Positions 49,829 through 61,203 of a stretch of 64,000 nucleotides of DNA are shown one piece after another. The position numbers and the translations under genes are program-made. Every line of letters begins with the position of its first letter. The first letter of the stretch is position 1. This DNA is from Lama glama (taxonomy: Eukaryota): positions 62,746,001-62,810,000 of the forward strand of contig CM052816.1 in the NCBI GenBank assembly GCA_028534125.1. Direction: 5' to 3'. The notes under the pieces were generated by a model. The model was not told the DNA's origin. It made no database searches and worked only from the letters and a program-made list of their open reading frames with translations.

Positions 49829-49862
49829 TGTGTGTGTGTGTGTTTGTGTGCGCGCGCGTGCA
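49829..49862. repeat. (TG)n(CG)4 alternating purine-pyrimidine tract
   Basis: tgtgtgtgtgtgtgtttgtgtgcgcgcgcgtgca. Confidence 0.95.
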
Positions 49863-49934
49863 TCCTTGTTCTTGAGGGCTACACATTCAAAAGTAACTCT
49901 GACATCAAAGTTACTATTCAATCACCTTTTTCCT

Positions 49935-50160
49935 GTTTATATAGTACTTATTATATGCCAGATCAATAACACAGATATTAACACATTCAATGCACATAAC
50001 AACACAATGGAGTAGGTCCCATTATCATGCCTATTTCGCAGATGAGGCAAGTGAGAGCCAAATAGGTTGAGTAACTTGCCCAAGACCATATAGCTGGCTA
50101 GAAAATGGTGAGACTAGGAAGGGAACTTAGCCAGCCTGGCTTGAGTCTGTTCTCTTACTA
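49935..50160 (-). mobile_element. MIR SINE
   Basis: 'cattatcatgcctatttcgcagatgaggcaagtgag...aggttgagtaacttgcccaagaccatatagct' is the MIR core antisense. Confidence 0.85.
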
Positions 50161-50676
50161 GTCAGGAATATATTATTCAATAAGAGGGATAGATCTTCTA
50201 CTGCAATAGGCTCCAAAATACATTTTCAGGAAAACATAGCAGGAGATAGCAGATTGAGAGTGGTTAGGTGAGCTTAGCTTCTTGAGTTTTCCAGGTTTTC
50301 TCCAGGCAGATGCTTGTTGGTGCTGTTGGCAATCGGCTGGTACTGGGTGAGGTCCTCTGAGACTGGCAAAGCCATGGATGAGGGCTTACCAAACCACTGA
50401 CCCCAAAACACTTCACCTCAAAATCTCAGGGATATTTCTTTATATGTTTGTTAAACTTGCCTTTTGCAAACTTGAATTCTGACTCTAATACTTGCATTCC
50501 AGGTACAATTTTATTTTATGTTTTCAGTATCATTTTGCATCATATTTTTTTCATTGACTCTAAGGTGGTATTTGTTGTTACATGTTTTAAATATGACTAA
50601 TTCAAAAGAAATGCTGCCAGTTAAATCATAATACATTGCTGTCTTATCTTGTAGAATTTTCACATTATATTTATTT

Positions 50677-51757
50677 ATTTTTTTAAACATTTTTTATTGA
50701 TTTATAATCATTTTACAATGTTGTGTCAAATTCCAGTGTTCAGCACAATTTTTCAGTCATTCATGGACATATACACACTCATTGTCACATTTTTTTTTCT
50801 GTGAGTTATCATAACATTTTGTATATATTTCCCTGTGCTATACAGTGTAATCTTGTTTATCTGTTCTACAATTTTGAAATCCTAGTCTATCCCTTCCCAC
50901 CCTCCACCCCCCTGGTAACCACAAGTCTGTATTCTCTGTCTGTGAGTCTATTTCTGTCCTGTATTTATNNNNNNNNNNNNNNNNNNNNNNNNNNNNNNNN
51001 NNNNNNNNNNNNNNNNNNNNNNNNNNNNNNNNNNNNNNNNNNNNNNNNNNNNNNNNNNNNNNNNNNNNNNNNNNNNNNNNNNNNNNNNNNNNNNNNNNNN
51101 NNNNNNNNNNNNNNNNNNNNNNNNNNNNNNNNNNNNNNNNNNNNNNNNNNNNNNNNNNNNNNNNNNNNNNNNNNNNNNNNNNNNNNNNNNNNNNNNNNNN
51201 NNNNNNNNNNNNNNNNNNNNNNNNNNNNNNNNNNNNNNNNNNNNNNNNNNNNNNNNNNNNNNNNNNNNNNNNNNNNNNNNNNNNNNNNNNNNNNNNNNNN
51301 NNNNNNNNNNNNNNNNNNNNNNNNNNNNNNNNNNNNNNNNNNNNNNNNNNNNNNNNNNNNNNNNNNNNNNNNNNNNNNNNNNNNNNNNNNNNNNNNNNNN
51401 NNNNNNNNNNNNNNNNNNNNNNNNNNNNNNNNNNNNNNNNNNNNNNNNNNNNNNNNNNNNNNNNNNNNGGCTGAGTAGTATTCCATTGTATAAATATACC
51501 ACCTCTTCTTTATCCAGTCACCTGTTGATGGACATTTAGGCTGTTTCCATGTTTTGGCTATTGTAAATAGTGCTGCTATGAACATTGGGGTGCAGGTGTC
51601 ATCCTGAAGTAGATTTCCTTCTGGATACAAGCCCAGGAGTGGGATTCCTGGGTCATATGGTAAGTCTTTTCCTAGTCTTTTGAGGAATCTCCACACTGTT
51701 TTCCATAGTGGCTGCACCAAACTGCATTCCCACCAGCAGTGTAGGAGGGTTCCCCTT
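50677..51757 (-). mobile_element. Young 5'-truncated LINE-1 (camelid-like family), spanning an assembly gap
   Basis: Open ORF2 C-terminus '[32 protein letters not shown]...[40 protein letters not shown]'. Perfect 15-bp TSD ACATTATATTTATTT at 50662-50676 and 51758-51772. Confidence 0.95.
50969..51468. other. Assembly gap (500 N)
   Basis: Run of N bases. Confidence 0.99.
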
Positions 51758-52011
51758 ACATTATATTTATTTTTAAAACATACTTAGAAAAGAGATTTTA
51801 ATCATAAGCCGCTTTTGTGTATGCTGAAAATATCATACTCTGATTAAGATATTCCTAAAAACATTTTCATGTTTTGAATTTGAATCCTTTGAGTCATTTT
51901 TCAACTCAAAGTCAATTGATGACCTATTTTTGCGTACAGGTTCATTCTCCATGCCATCACGGATGCTGGAGATTTAGCACTTTGAAAAGGTATCTTACTT
52001 AACTGTTGCCT

Positions 52012-52104
52012 GGCATTTAAACCACAGCAATTTTAAGATACATCCCAACTTCAGAGATATTAAAATGTGAGGTAAAATGAGTATCTTGGAATTGATGAAA
52101 TATG
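52012..52104 (-). mobile_element. MER104-like TcMar-Tc2 MITE fragment
   Basis: 'taagatacatcccaacttcagagatattaaaatgtga...atcttggaattgatgaaatatg' is the reverse-complement homologue of 43187-43284. Confidence 0.75.
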
Positions 52105-52959
52105 ACATATAATAGTGACTGAGTATAACACAGGAGCAGTCACATAACTACTTGGCAAAGATGACCAGTCTGTGGGCATGCCCATCTGCCTATGGGACTA
52201 GAAGGAATGAAACACAGCCACCACAGCCAGAGTCTACCCAGCACGAGAACATTGCATGGCACAGAGTGGGTGCTGAATAAATAGCTTTTGAATGAATGAG
52301 TGAATGTTACAGCAGAATTAAGTATTGTCTCATACTAATTTATTGGTATCAGTAGTTGTTCAACAATTCATGTATAAACTAGAGAAAATTTTAAATTATT
52401 CTAAATATGTATTCAACTCTGCATTTTACATGAGCAATATCTTGGCTTTTCACAAATATTACAAGTTTAGGGGGAAGAAAGAGAAAGTTTGAATACACAA
52501 AAATGATACTAATGGCCAAGTGAGTTTCTGCAGTGTGCAGAGGGCAGGCGGTGATGCAATACAGATGCTTTTGTGGGAAATAAAAATAAAAAGGGAAATA
52601 AATATGGGCCTGCTTTAGGCTCATTATAATAACATTTTACTTGCGATATATCTGTATATGAAGGATCTACTTGACTGCATTTTTTTTTATGAATGGCTCA
52701 CCTATTTCATCAGGTGGAACGATGATGATTCTTTCTTCATTAAGTGCAGAAACATCTGTGTGATTCTTTGTCTTACTTTGAACTTTATTGATTGTCATAC
52801 TTAAAAGAGTATAGATTGGTATGCTGCAATAATCTTGGACTATCTGCTAACGATTTGATTTGATTCCAAGCTCAGTCAATGCCCATGTGCTGATTTGATA
52901 AATCACTATCAGAGCACTAGCTCTGCCTAGACTGGACAGTAGCCACAGTGTACCTGCCT

Positions 52960-53372
52960 TTTTAACAGGTATGTTTAGAGGAGAACTACCTGGAATATAG
53001 GAAATCAAAAATTATACTGTCTGAAGAAGGCACTGAACCTGGGGAATGTTTAGTTTTTAAAAGAAAAGGCAAAATGAAGAGGGGAGTAGATACTTCTTAA
53101 GCAGTTTATAGCGTAGCCTACAGTAACTTTGAATGGCCTCGCGATAGAACCGAAGATAAAGATTTAAGTCCATACTAAGGGCACGTGCTCTGGTGGTCAC
53201 TGCTACTCAGATATGGAATGTGCTGCTTCAGATAGTTGTGAATTTCCAGTTCCTCGAGATAGTGAATCCTAGGATGAACAACAGTTATTAAAGATGTCAT
53301 CACGGTGACTCAAACATCACTAGATGAATTAACTAAAAGACTCATAAGATCCCTGCCAGCTCTGAGCTTTTA
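52960..53372 (+). mobile_element. L3/CR1 LINE 3' end
   Basis: 'ctggggaatgtttagtttttaaaagaaaagg', 'atggaatgtgctgcttcagatagttgtgaatttcc' and 'taagatccctgccagctctgag' follow CR1/L3 3' motifs in order. Confidence 0.65.
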
Positions 53373-53820
53373 TTACACTCAGGAGATAAGAGAGGTGGTG
53401 ATATTTATAATAAAGGTAATGTATCTTGGCTCACAGGCCAGAAATAATGATATGTACCAGTGCTTTGTGATATGTATTAAGATAAAGTTTCTGAGAAACA
53501 TTGCTCTTTTAATTATACCCTCTATCCCCTGAATCTTCATCCTCTGCTTCTTTTTCCATATTTCTGCTTGAATATGATAACACTTTCAAGGGATATTCTA
53601 AGTGGAACTTTCTCTGACACTATCTGTATTTGGACCATCCCCAGTAGATTTAATTAACTCTTTTATCTATATTAGTATAGAGTTTATACATTGAATAGAA
53701 TACTTATATGATTTCTGCTTACATGTTTTCCTAATTCCTAAGGAAATGTGAGTTCCTTAGAGCCATTCACTCAGTTCATAAATTTAACTCATTGTATGCC
53801 AGACGTCTCATGGATTCTGA

Positions 53821-54360
53821 TGGTTGAGAGAAAATTCTCCATGGATACTTGTGTTCCTACATGGTCTAAACCTTCTGAGTAAAGGGCATATTTGAATAGC
53901 AGACAGCCTTGGAATCTAGAGTTAGTGATGTAATACCTTCCCCCTGAAGAAATCCCAAGGAAGAAATGATAAAGCCCTTTTCTTCCCCTCGCTAGAGGTA
54001 TTTGCTTAAATTCGGGATAACAAACTTTAGAGATGCCTTCCTTTATCTCCTAGAGGAGTTTGCTGCATACACTCCAGGGTGATGAGTGATCTCTCCTTCA
54101 GGATGGGTGAACAAGCACAGATGCCAGGAGCCTATTGAAGTTTCTGAAATCTGGGATTTGTCTCTTGTGGTGCATGGCACTGCTCATGCAGAGAAGTATC
54201 TAGCCCTCCTTGCATCAGTGGTGGTTTTTGCTCTGAGTAATAAATGGCCTGTCTCTCTGACCAAGCAGGCTTGTACCTAAATATAGGTATGAAAACTGTA
54301 CCACGCTAACCTTTTAGCTTCCAAGTAGGGTAAATCTCAGACTCTTCATAAGTTCTGGCT
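53821..54360 (+). mobile_element. ERVL solo LTR (MER54/MER74/LTR53 group)
   Basis: Start 'ttgagagaaaattctccatgg', polyA signal 'ctctgagtaataaa' near 54238, end 'gtagggtaaatctcagactcttca'. Confidence 0.75.
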
Positions 54361-55419
54361 TTAACACTGCTTGGCATATACACATCAGTGTATATGTGAA
54401 TGTCACCCATATGTAGACTGGAGCCAAAGGAGGAAGGGAGGAGGAGGTGTACATTAAATAGATAATTATACTCTAAGATGTGGTCATTTCTGATATAGAG
54501 CAGAGTTGTACAAGAGCATAGAGGAGGAAACAAATTGCAAGGCTGGTGAATATTGACTATTTAAAAATAGTTGATAAAATACTAACTCAGTGTAATTTTG
54601 AGATAAGGTAGGGAAAGAGTTCTCAGTGATTGTCTGTTCAGCTATCTAGGGAGTTTATCTTTCCATAATGTGAAATGGCAGACTTCTTCTCTGCCCCTTC
54701 CCTTGTCTGCAGTGAAAGCTTTCTCAAAACATATTATTTCTAGGATGATCAGAATTATATGGTTTACGTCATTGTGGACAATAGTTTCTTGTTTTTCTCC
54801 TTGCCTCTGGATGACCTAGGGCTTCCTGTGACCCTGAGGCCTTTCCCACAACTTGTGTAAGAAGAAGACACAATACAACACTTTGCTAGAAGAATTATTC
54901 CTTTAAGCCACAGATGTCAGAGTTAGGAAAGCAAACAGAAGAAAGCATATCAGAGCTGTTTTGATTACATTCTCTAGTGGAAGAGTCAGTCGTCATTGTC
55001 CCCTATCACTGAGGATCTGTTAGGCATCTTGGGAAGTGTGTAAGAACAACTATTGATGATTTTCAAAAGTAGCAAGAAAGGGTGCTATTTTTATCTTACC
55101 TGTAGCAGATCCAATGTTAGATAACTTTAGTTGACTTAGTTTGTTTTCCCCTCTCTCTCTCTCTCTGTCCTGGGAGTGTTGGCAAAAACCCGATTTCCCA
55201 CACTATCTGAGACATACTCCTGCCCAGACCCAGCCAGGGTTCCCATAGCTAGTTCCTTTCCTGTCTTCTCCCTCTGGGAGTAGTGGGGTTGGAGCTGAGT
55301 TTGGAGTGGAGTAAAAGTGGTTTTCTTAGGCAAACAACTAGGCTGAAGGTGATGGCTAGAGTGTGGGATGCTCAGTCTATATCTGATTCGTAGACTTGAA
55401 ATAGTTAAAACAACAATAA

Positions 55420-55972
55420 AAGTATTTTAAAATAACATAAATTAGTGACTTGAAATAATAAATATTCTATATGCTCTTGATTGTAAGAGTTAGGAATTCA
55501 GTCTATGTTTAGTTGGGAGTTCAGACCCGTGTAGTGTCAGCTGGGGGTTCTCATGAGTCAGATGCTATTTTTACCACATCTAAATTGGCTTTACTTCTAT
55601 ATCTGAAAGATAATACTGGCTACCAGCAAGGAGCTCATCTGTGGTCTTAGGCAGGACCTTCGCTTCTTATCCACGCAGACCTCTTGACATGGCTGTGGGG
55701 GCTGCATCACCATAAGCTGGCTGGATTCCAAGATGGTAGGTTCCAAGATTTAAAGGCAGAATCTACTGTTCTCTGAAAGCCCAGCTCAGAAGTTAACACT
55801 TTTACTTCTAATGCATTCTGTTTTTCAAAAAAAAAGGTCATAGTTCTAGCCCAGATCCAAGGGGAAGAGAAAGAGACTTCCTTTCTCCATGGTTGAGTAG
55901 AAAGTTCACGTGGATAAATTCACATGTATTGGGTGCTATTGTGGCAGCCATTTGTGGGGACACAATACCAGA
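55420..55972 (-). mobile_element. MaLR solo LTR (MLT1F/G/H-like)
   Basis: 'ggctggattccaaga...gctcagaagttaacac...tagcccagatccaaggggaagagaaagagacttc...tattgtggcagccattt'. Confidence 0.75.
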
Positions 55973-56904
55973 ATATCACATATGTTTTAAAGGCTCTGTC
56001 TCTTGCTGATCTTCACTCATGGAAAATGACTCAAGTATAATAACAATTATAAGCCTCTTTCCCATCTAGGGGGAAAATTTGCACATGTGAAAGCGGTCTC
56101 TCCATGAAAGGGTGTCGGTGATGAGACTAGAAGTCTGTGCTTCTACTTCATAGCATTCCCCTAGTTTTCATCTGTTTTCTGAATGTTTGTTTTATCTAAT
56201 CCCTGAAACCATACTATTTTTGCTGTCATCTATATAAACAAATGCCAATTTTGGTATTCTCACTGCAGTGCTATATGAAATAAGATATATATCATGGTTT
56301 AAACGAGACAAGCATATGCAGTGAGACAAGAATCCAGAACCATGGAATATTCATGAAACTGTCCTACTCACTGTACATCACATAAGCAAGGGATACAACT
56401 GTGTATCTGTTCTTAAGAACTAAATATTTCAGTTTTATATAGCCAGTTGTCTTAGTTACTTAGGAGAACTTTAACATAAACCATTAACACCTCAATTCCG
56501 TGTCAGAAACATTCATATACACACAGACACAGACCCACAAAGCTCTGAGCTTTGTATCTCTGCAGAATTCACAAGTTACGCAGACACAGCCCTTACCCTC
56601 TAGTAATTTTTATTTAAGTTGAGAATTTGCCATCGCTAAAGCCTCCCTCCACCCTTACACCTAACTTCTTCTCACAGTAATCATTCTTGGGCTTTTTATT
56701 CCTTGCGTCACGTGACGAGTCCTTTGGGTGATTGATTGTTTATTGTATTGCACAGTGTTTGAGGTGAAAGACCCACTATTTACATGGTTCTGCCCTAGTC
56801 CTTGGTTCTTTTAAAAAAGGGCCAAAGATCCCCTCCTTTTTTTAGTTGCTGAAGAGTCCTTCCAGCTCTGGCATCAGGCTTTTATTTGTAATAATACTGA
56901 AAAC

Positions 56905-57130
56905 AAACCAGCATTAACAAGAACAGGGTGAACCCTTACTGAATACTCCATATGTACCAGCACTCAGGCACCCTACAGACATCCCGTCCTGTACTATTCA
57001 AAATAGCCCTGTTACATCCTTCTTGCACACTTAAGGACACTGAGGCTTCTCATGTGTCTGAAGTCGTCATGCTAACGAGAACCGAAAGCTGAGACTGGGC
57101 TTACTGGCTCTGCAGCCTATGCCCTCAGTT
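56905..57130 (-). mobile_element. MIR SINE
   Basis: 'cttactgaatactccatatgtaccagcac...ttaaggacactgaggct'. Confidence 0.6.
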
Positions 57131-58084
57131 ACCTTGAAGCCTCCTCACCAATGAAATGTCCATGTGTGTCCATGATTTTACTCCCCTGCTCTTACTCTGT
57201 TAAGAGGGGTTCAGGAAGGTTGTATTTTAGAGCTACTGTTTATGGAATATGTGAATCAGCTAACCTTTTGTTGCTGAAAACAGAACAGCATCCTCACCAT
57301 ACTTGTCAGAGTAAATGGGGCTTATTATATCAAGTGATAAGGACGTAAATAGTAACATATATGTAGCAACAAAATACATGCGCCAGGAAGCTAGTCGGGG
57401 CTCTGTCTCTTTATGTTCAGGCTCTTCTCAAACAATCCTTCCCAAATCTGTTGAGGGGTGATCCTGGGACAAGTCATGGCTTATCTTCGAATATACTCTC
57501 TGTACTGTTAGTCAGGTCTTCCTTATTGGGCGCAAGTGCTAATCTTTGCTCCTTACTGTGATGGCCTTAGTGCTATTCTGTTGATCATTAAAATATCATT
57601 ATGGCTAGTCCATTCACAGACTCAGGCAGATGTTAACAGTATTCCTTCAGGAATTAAATCATTGATTGGGTTTACATACTTGATCAACCTTAAAAGGTGG
57701 GCAAGGTATAACTGAGATGCAGCATAGACATTCACAATCAGGTACAACCATGTGCAGTACACAGAAGACACAGGAGTCTTTATAGAAAAGAGAACTTGCT
57801 GTCACAGTGCAAACAAACATTATGCTTCTACTTAAAGATGAGCAAATATTTATTGGATTAGTTGTTCTTCCTTGTTTTCTTACAGTTTCAAATAAATGAA
57901 TGACTTACTCTTTAATTTGAGAAGTGTCAATTGAGCATCAGCTGGGGAACACAGTAGTAAGCCCTGGGAAATGGATTTGCATTATTTTGGAGAGAATATA
58001 AACAGGTTGTAATGATAGATTTAATGGAGAAATTGAATATCCATATATGGAAGTAAATTGAGAAATTCTTTTGAATTTCACTTC

Positions 58085-58462
58085 ATTGCAGTTAAGTGAT
58101 GAAAACAAGGAAAAAAAAATCTCAAAGACTTAACAAAGACTGAATTCTCACCCACACTGCATGGCAGTTCAGGGTTGCTGAGAGTTATGTGCTATGTCAC
58201 CCTCGTTTCAGATCCCATGTGATAGAGGAGCCACTTGCTGAGGGTTTGCGTGTTGCTTTGAAAAGGAAAAAAAATGGTGAAATGCATACAACTCTGAAAG
58301 CTTCTGTTCAGAAGTGACACATCATTTCCACTTGAATTTTATTGGCCAAAGAAAGTCACATGGCCACAGCTGCATTCAGAGGTGTGGTTAATTACTATAC
58401 TATCATATGGCTGAAAGATAAGAGAGAACCAACTATTGTTAACCACCTTACTGGCAATTACA
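58085..58462 (-). mobile_element. MaLR solo LTR (MLT1I/J-like)
   Basis: 'aagcttctgttcagaagtgacacatcatttccacttgaattttattggccaaagaaagtcacatggccaca'. Confidence 0.8.
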
Positions 58463-59771
58463 GAATATTTGACATAAAGTTTTCATCTTTTACCTAACAT
58501 GACTTTGCCCTTTATATTATAATATACAAAATGTGTCTTACATTCTTAAAAATTAAACAAAAAGAGAGATATCATGCAATGACATGTCAATACCATGGGT
58601 CCAATCTATCATCATGGTGGGTTCAGGAAAAGCAGGGAGAAAAGCAGCAGTATTGTTATCATTTATTTTTTTCTGAAATGGGCCTTATAACAGGTCATAC
58701 TGGGTGGCCTCAGATGAAAGTGGGCACTTAGATGGTTGCAGATACTTTCACGCTAGCTTCAGAGCACTGTGCTTCAGAACTCAATGTAAGTATTGTACAC
58801 AGCAAAAATGTTGAGAAATAAGCCATCCTTTAGTGATTTCAAGTAATGGAAAGTTATACATCAGAAAAAAAAGTATAACAAATTATAAATGACCCTGATA
58901 CTCTACTGAGAAAGAAAGTAATATGCTCTTCTCAGTGGGCATGATGGGAAGCACTGAGTGAACAAGGGAAAAAAATCTTACCTTGAGGTCTGTAGAAGCA
59001 TTCCCTGCTGTTCTTACCCCCGGCACCTCACCTGTCATCCAGCCATCAGGAGGTTCCTCTTACGTAGAGCAATCAGCACTGCACAGTCTTGGGATTTAAA
59101 AAAGAAGGGAAATAGCATTCTCCATTTCCCTGACTTGCATGTCACTTATCCCATTTTACCAAAGCATAACAAAATGTGAATCACACCTGGTTTCAGTAGA
59201 GTAGAACTCACTGAAAGATGGGAATACAGGAATCATATTTGAGAAGAGAGAAAAATAAGAAATGTTCTCAGCTGTCTAGGGTGAACCTTGAAGTCACCCC
59301 TGACAAAATAGAGCATGCTATCTGTTCTGTACCTCTGTAAATCCCCAAATCGCTTGTAGCATTATGCAGAGTCCCTCCCCTCAACATTCTGGGGCCAGAT
59401 CATTTTGTGAGCAAGACTTTGGGTGTGTTTGCAGAGGAGTGAGGGTGGAAGAGAAGTCAAGACAAGGCCGATTAGGAAGTTCTCAATCTGTAAGTCACAG
59501 GCATTATATGGGCATTTACATTCACTTCTCTGTGGTTAAATGAAAGCAAATCAGTCCCAATGCAGCCTCTCTTTGGGTTTGGTCCTGCCTTTTATTATAA
59601 ATTAGAATGTACATTTGTCTGTTAAATCCAACCAGATTTCTTAGGAGCACCGTCAATACAATGATCTGTACCTGAGAAGGCTCAGAGGGGCTCATGCTAG
59701 AGGCTGCTGTTTTAATTGAGTTTAAAACATAACCATTCAGTTTGTTTCAGCATATAAAACTTTGCTATAGA

Positions 59772-59850
59772 CACAAAATTTTGCTATAGAATTGACACAA
59801 CATTGTAAACTGACTATAACTCAATAAAAAAAAATGTTAAAAATAAATAA
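59772..59850 (+). mobile_element. Extremely 5'-truncated young L1 3' tip (same family as 1977-2351)
   Basis: 'aattgacacaacattgtaaactgactataactcaataaaaaaaaatgttaaaaa' is the reverse complement of the start of the 1977 element. 18-bp TSD ATAAAACTTTGCT(A/G)TAGA at 59754-59771 and 59851-59868. Confidence 0.9.
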
Positions 59851-59934
59851 ATAAAACTTTGCTGTAGAACATTTCCCAAGAGCTAAAATTCTGAACAGTG
59901 AACAAGGAAATAGGTAAGGGTAATTCACAAATTC

Positions 59935-61203
59935 TTTCATCAACAAAATGAAAAGGCAATCTACAGAATAAGAGAAAATATTTTCAAACCATGTATCTAA
60001 TGTGTTAATATCCAAAATATACCAAGAACACATAAAACTCCATGGCAAAAAAAAAAAAGGCACTAATGAGTACATGAAAAGTACTCAACATCATTTATCA
60101 TCAGGGAAATGCACATCAAAACTAGAATGAGATATCATCTCAAACTTGTTAGAATATCTATTATCAAAAAGACAACAGATAAGAATTGCTGATGAGGATG
60201 TTGAAAAAATGGGAAATCTTTACAATGTTGGTAGGAACGTAAATTGGTTAGCCACTATGGGAAACAGTATGGAGGCTCCTCAAAAAATTAAAAATGGACT
60301 ACCATATGAGCCAGCAATTACTCTTGTGGATATATACCTGAAGGAGATGAAATCTCTCAGAGATGTCTGTATCCTCATGTTCATTGCAGCATTATTTACA
60401 ATAGCCAAGACTTGGAAACAACCTAAATGTCCATCTAGTAATGAATGAATAAAGAATACATATATATAATGGAATATTATTCAGTCATAAACAAAAAGAA
60501 AATCTTGCCATTTATGACAACATAGATGAACCTGGAATGCATTATGCAAAGTGAATTAAGTCAAATAGAGAAAGAAATATCTACGATCTCACTTATTTGT
60601 GGAATCTAAAAACAAAAGCAAACCCATAAAAACAAAGAGTAGTTCAGTGGTTGTCAGAAGCAGCAGGTGGGTGGATTGATAAGTAAAGGTGGTCAATGGG
60701 TAGAAACTTTCCATTATAAGATGAATAATTTCTATAGAGGTTGTACAGCTGATGACCATAGTTAATAATACTGTATTGTATATTTGAAAGTTAATAACAG
60801 GGTAGATCTTATCTCACTACACACAAAAAATTATAACTATATGAATGATGAATGTGTTTGCTAACTTATTGTGGTAGTCATTTCTCAGTATATAATATAG
60901 TTGATCCTTGAACAATGCATGGGTTAAAGGTGCCAACCCCCGCCCAGTCAAAAACCCACATATAACTTTATTGTTGGCTTTTCTATCTGCAGTTAAGCAT
61001 CCTTGGATTCAAACAATTGCAGATTGTGTACTAGTGTGCTATGCATTTATAGAACAAATTTGCACATAAGTGGACCTGTGCAGTTCACACTTGTGTTGAA
61101 AAGTCAACTGTACATCAAGTCATCACATTGTACCTCTTAAATTTACACAATTTTATATGTCAATTACATCTCAGTAAAAGTGAAAAAAATAAAAATTAAA
61201 AAA
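59935..61203 (+). mobile_element. LINE-1 ORF2 end plus 3'UTR (L1MA/L1MB-like), interrupted by a Tigger2-type MITE
   Basis: '[20 protein letters not shown]...[23 protein letters not shown]'. The 3'UTR ends 'tatatgtcaattacatctcagtaaaagtgaaaaaaataaaaa'. Confidence 0.9.
60898..61110. mobile_element. Tigger2-derived MITE (same family as 931-1151)
   Basis: TIRs tagttgatccttgaacaa and gtgttgaaaagtcaactg, with TA on both flanks. Confidence 0.9.

Noticed and set aside
50723..51720. Three longest ORFs (251, 184, 251 aa)
   Set aside because: Their length comes from the 500-N gap. The real residues are L1 3'UTR or ORF2 C-terminus.
51940..51989. 50-nt exon-like segment (acAG...AAG|GTATCT)
   Set aside because: Weak donor, two of three frames closed and unrecognised peptide.
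52721..52795. C-box-like ATGATGA (also near 47893 and 49718)
   Set aside because: No well-placed CTGA D box with a terminal stem, so not callable as a C/D snoRNA.
55165..55405. Possible old LTR fragment (LTR78-like)
   Set aside because: Resemblance too vague to support a call by eye.
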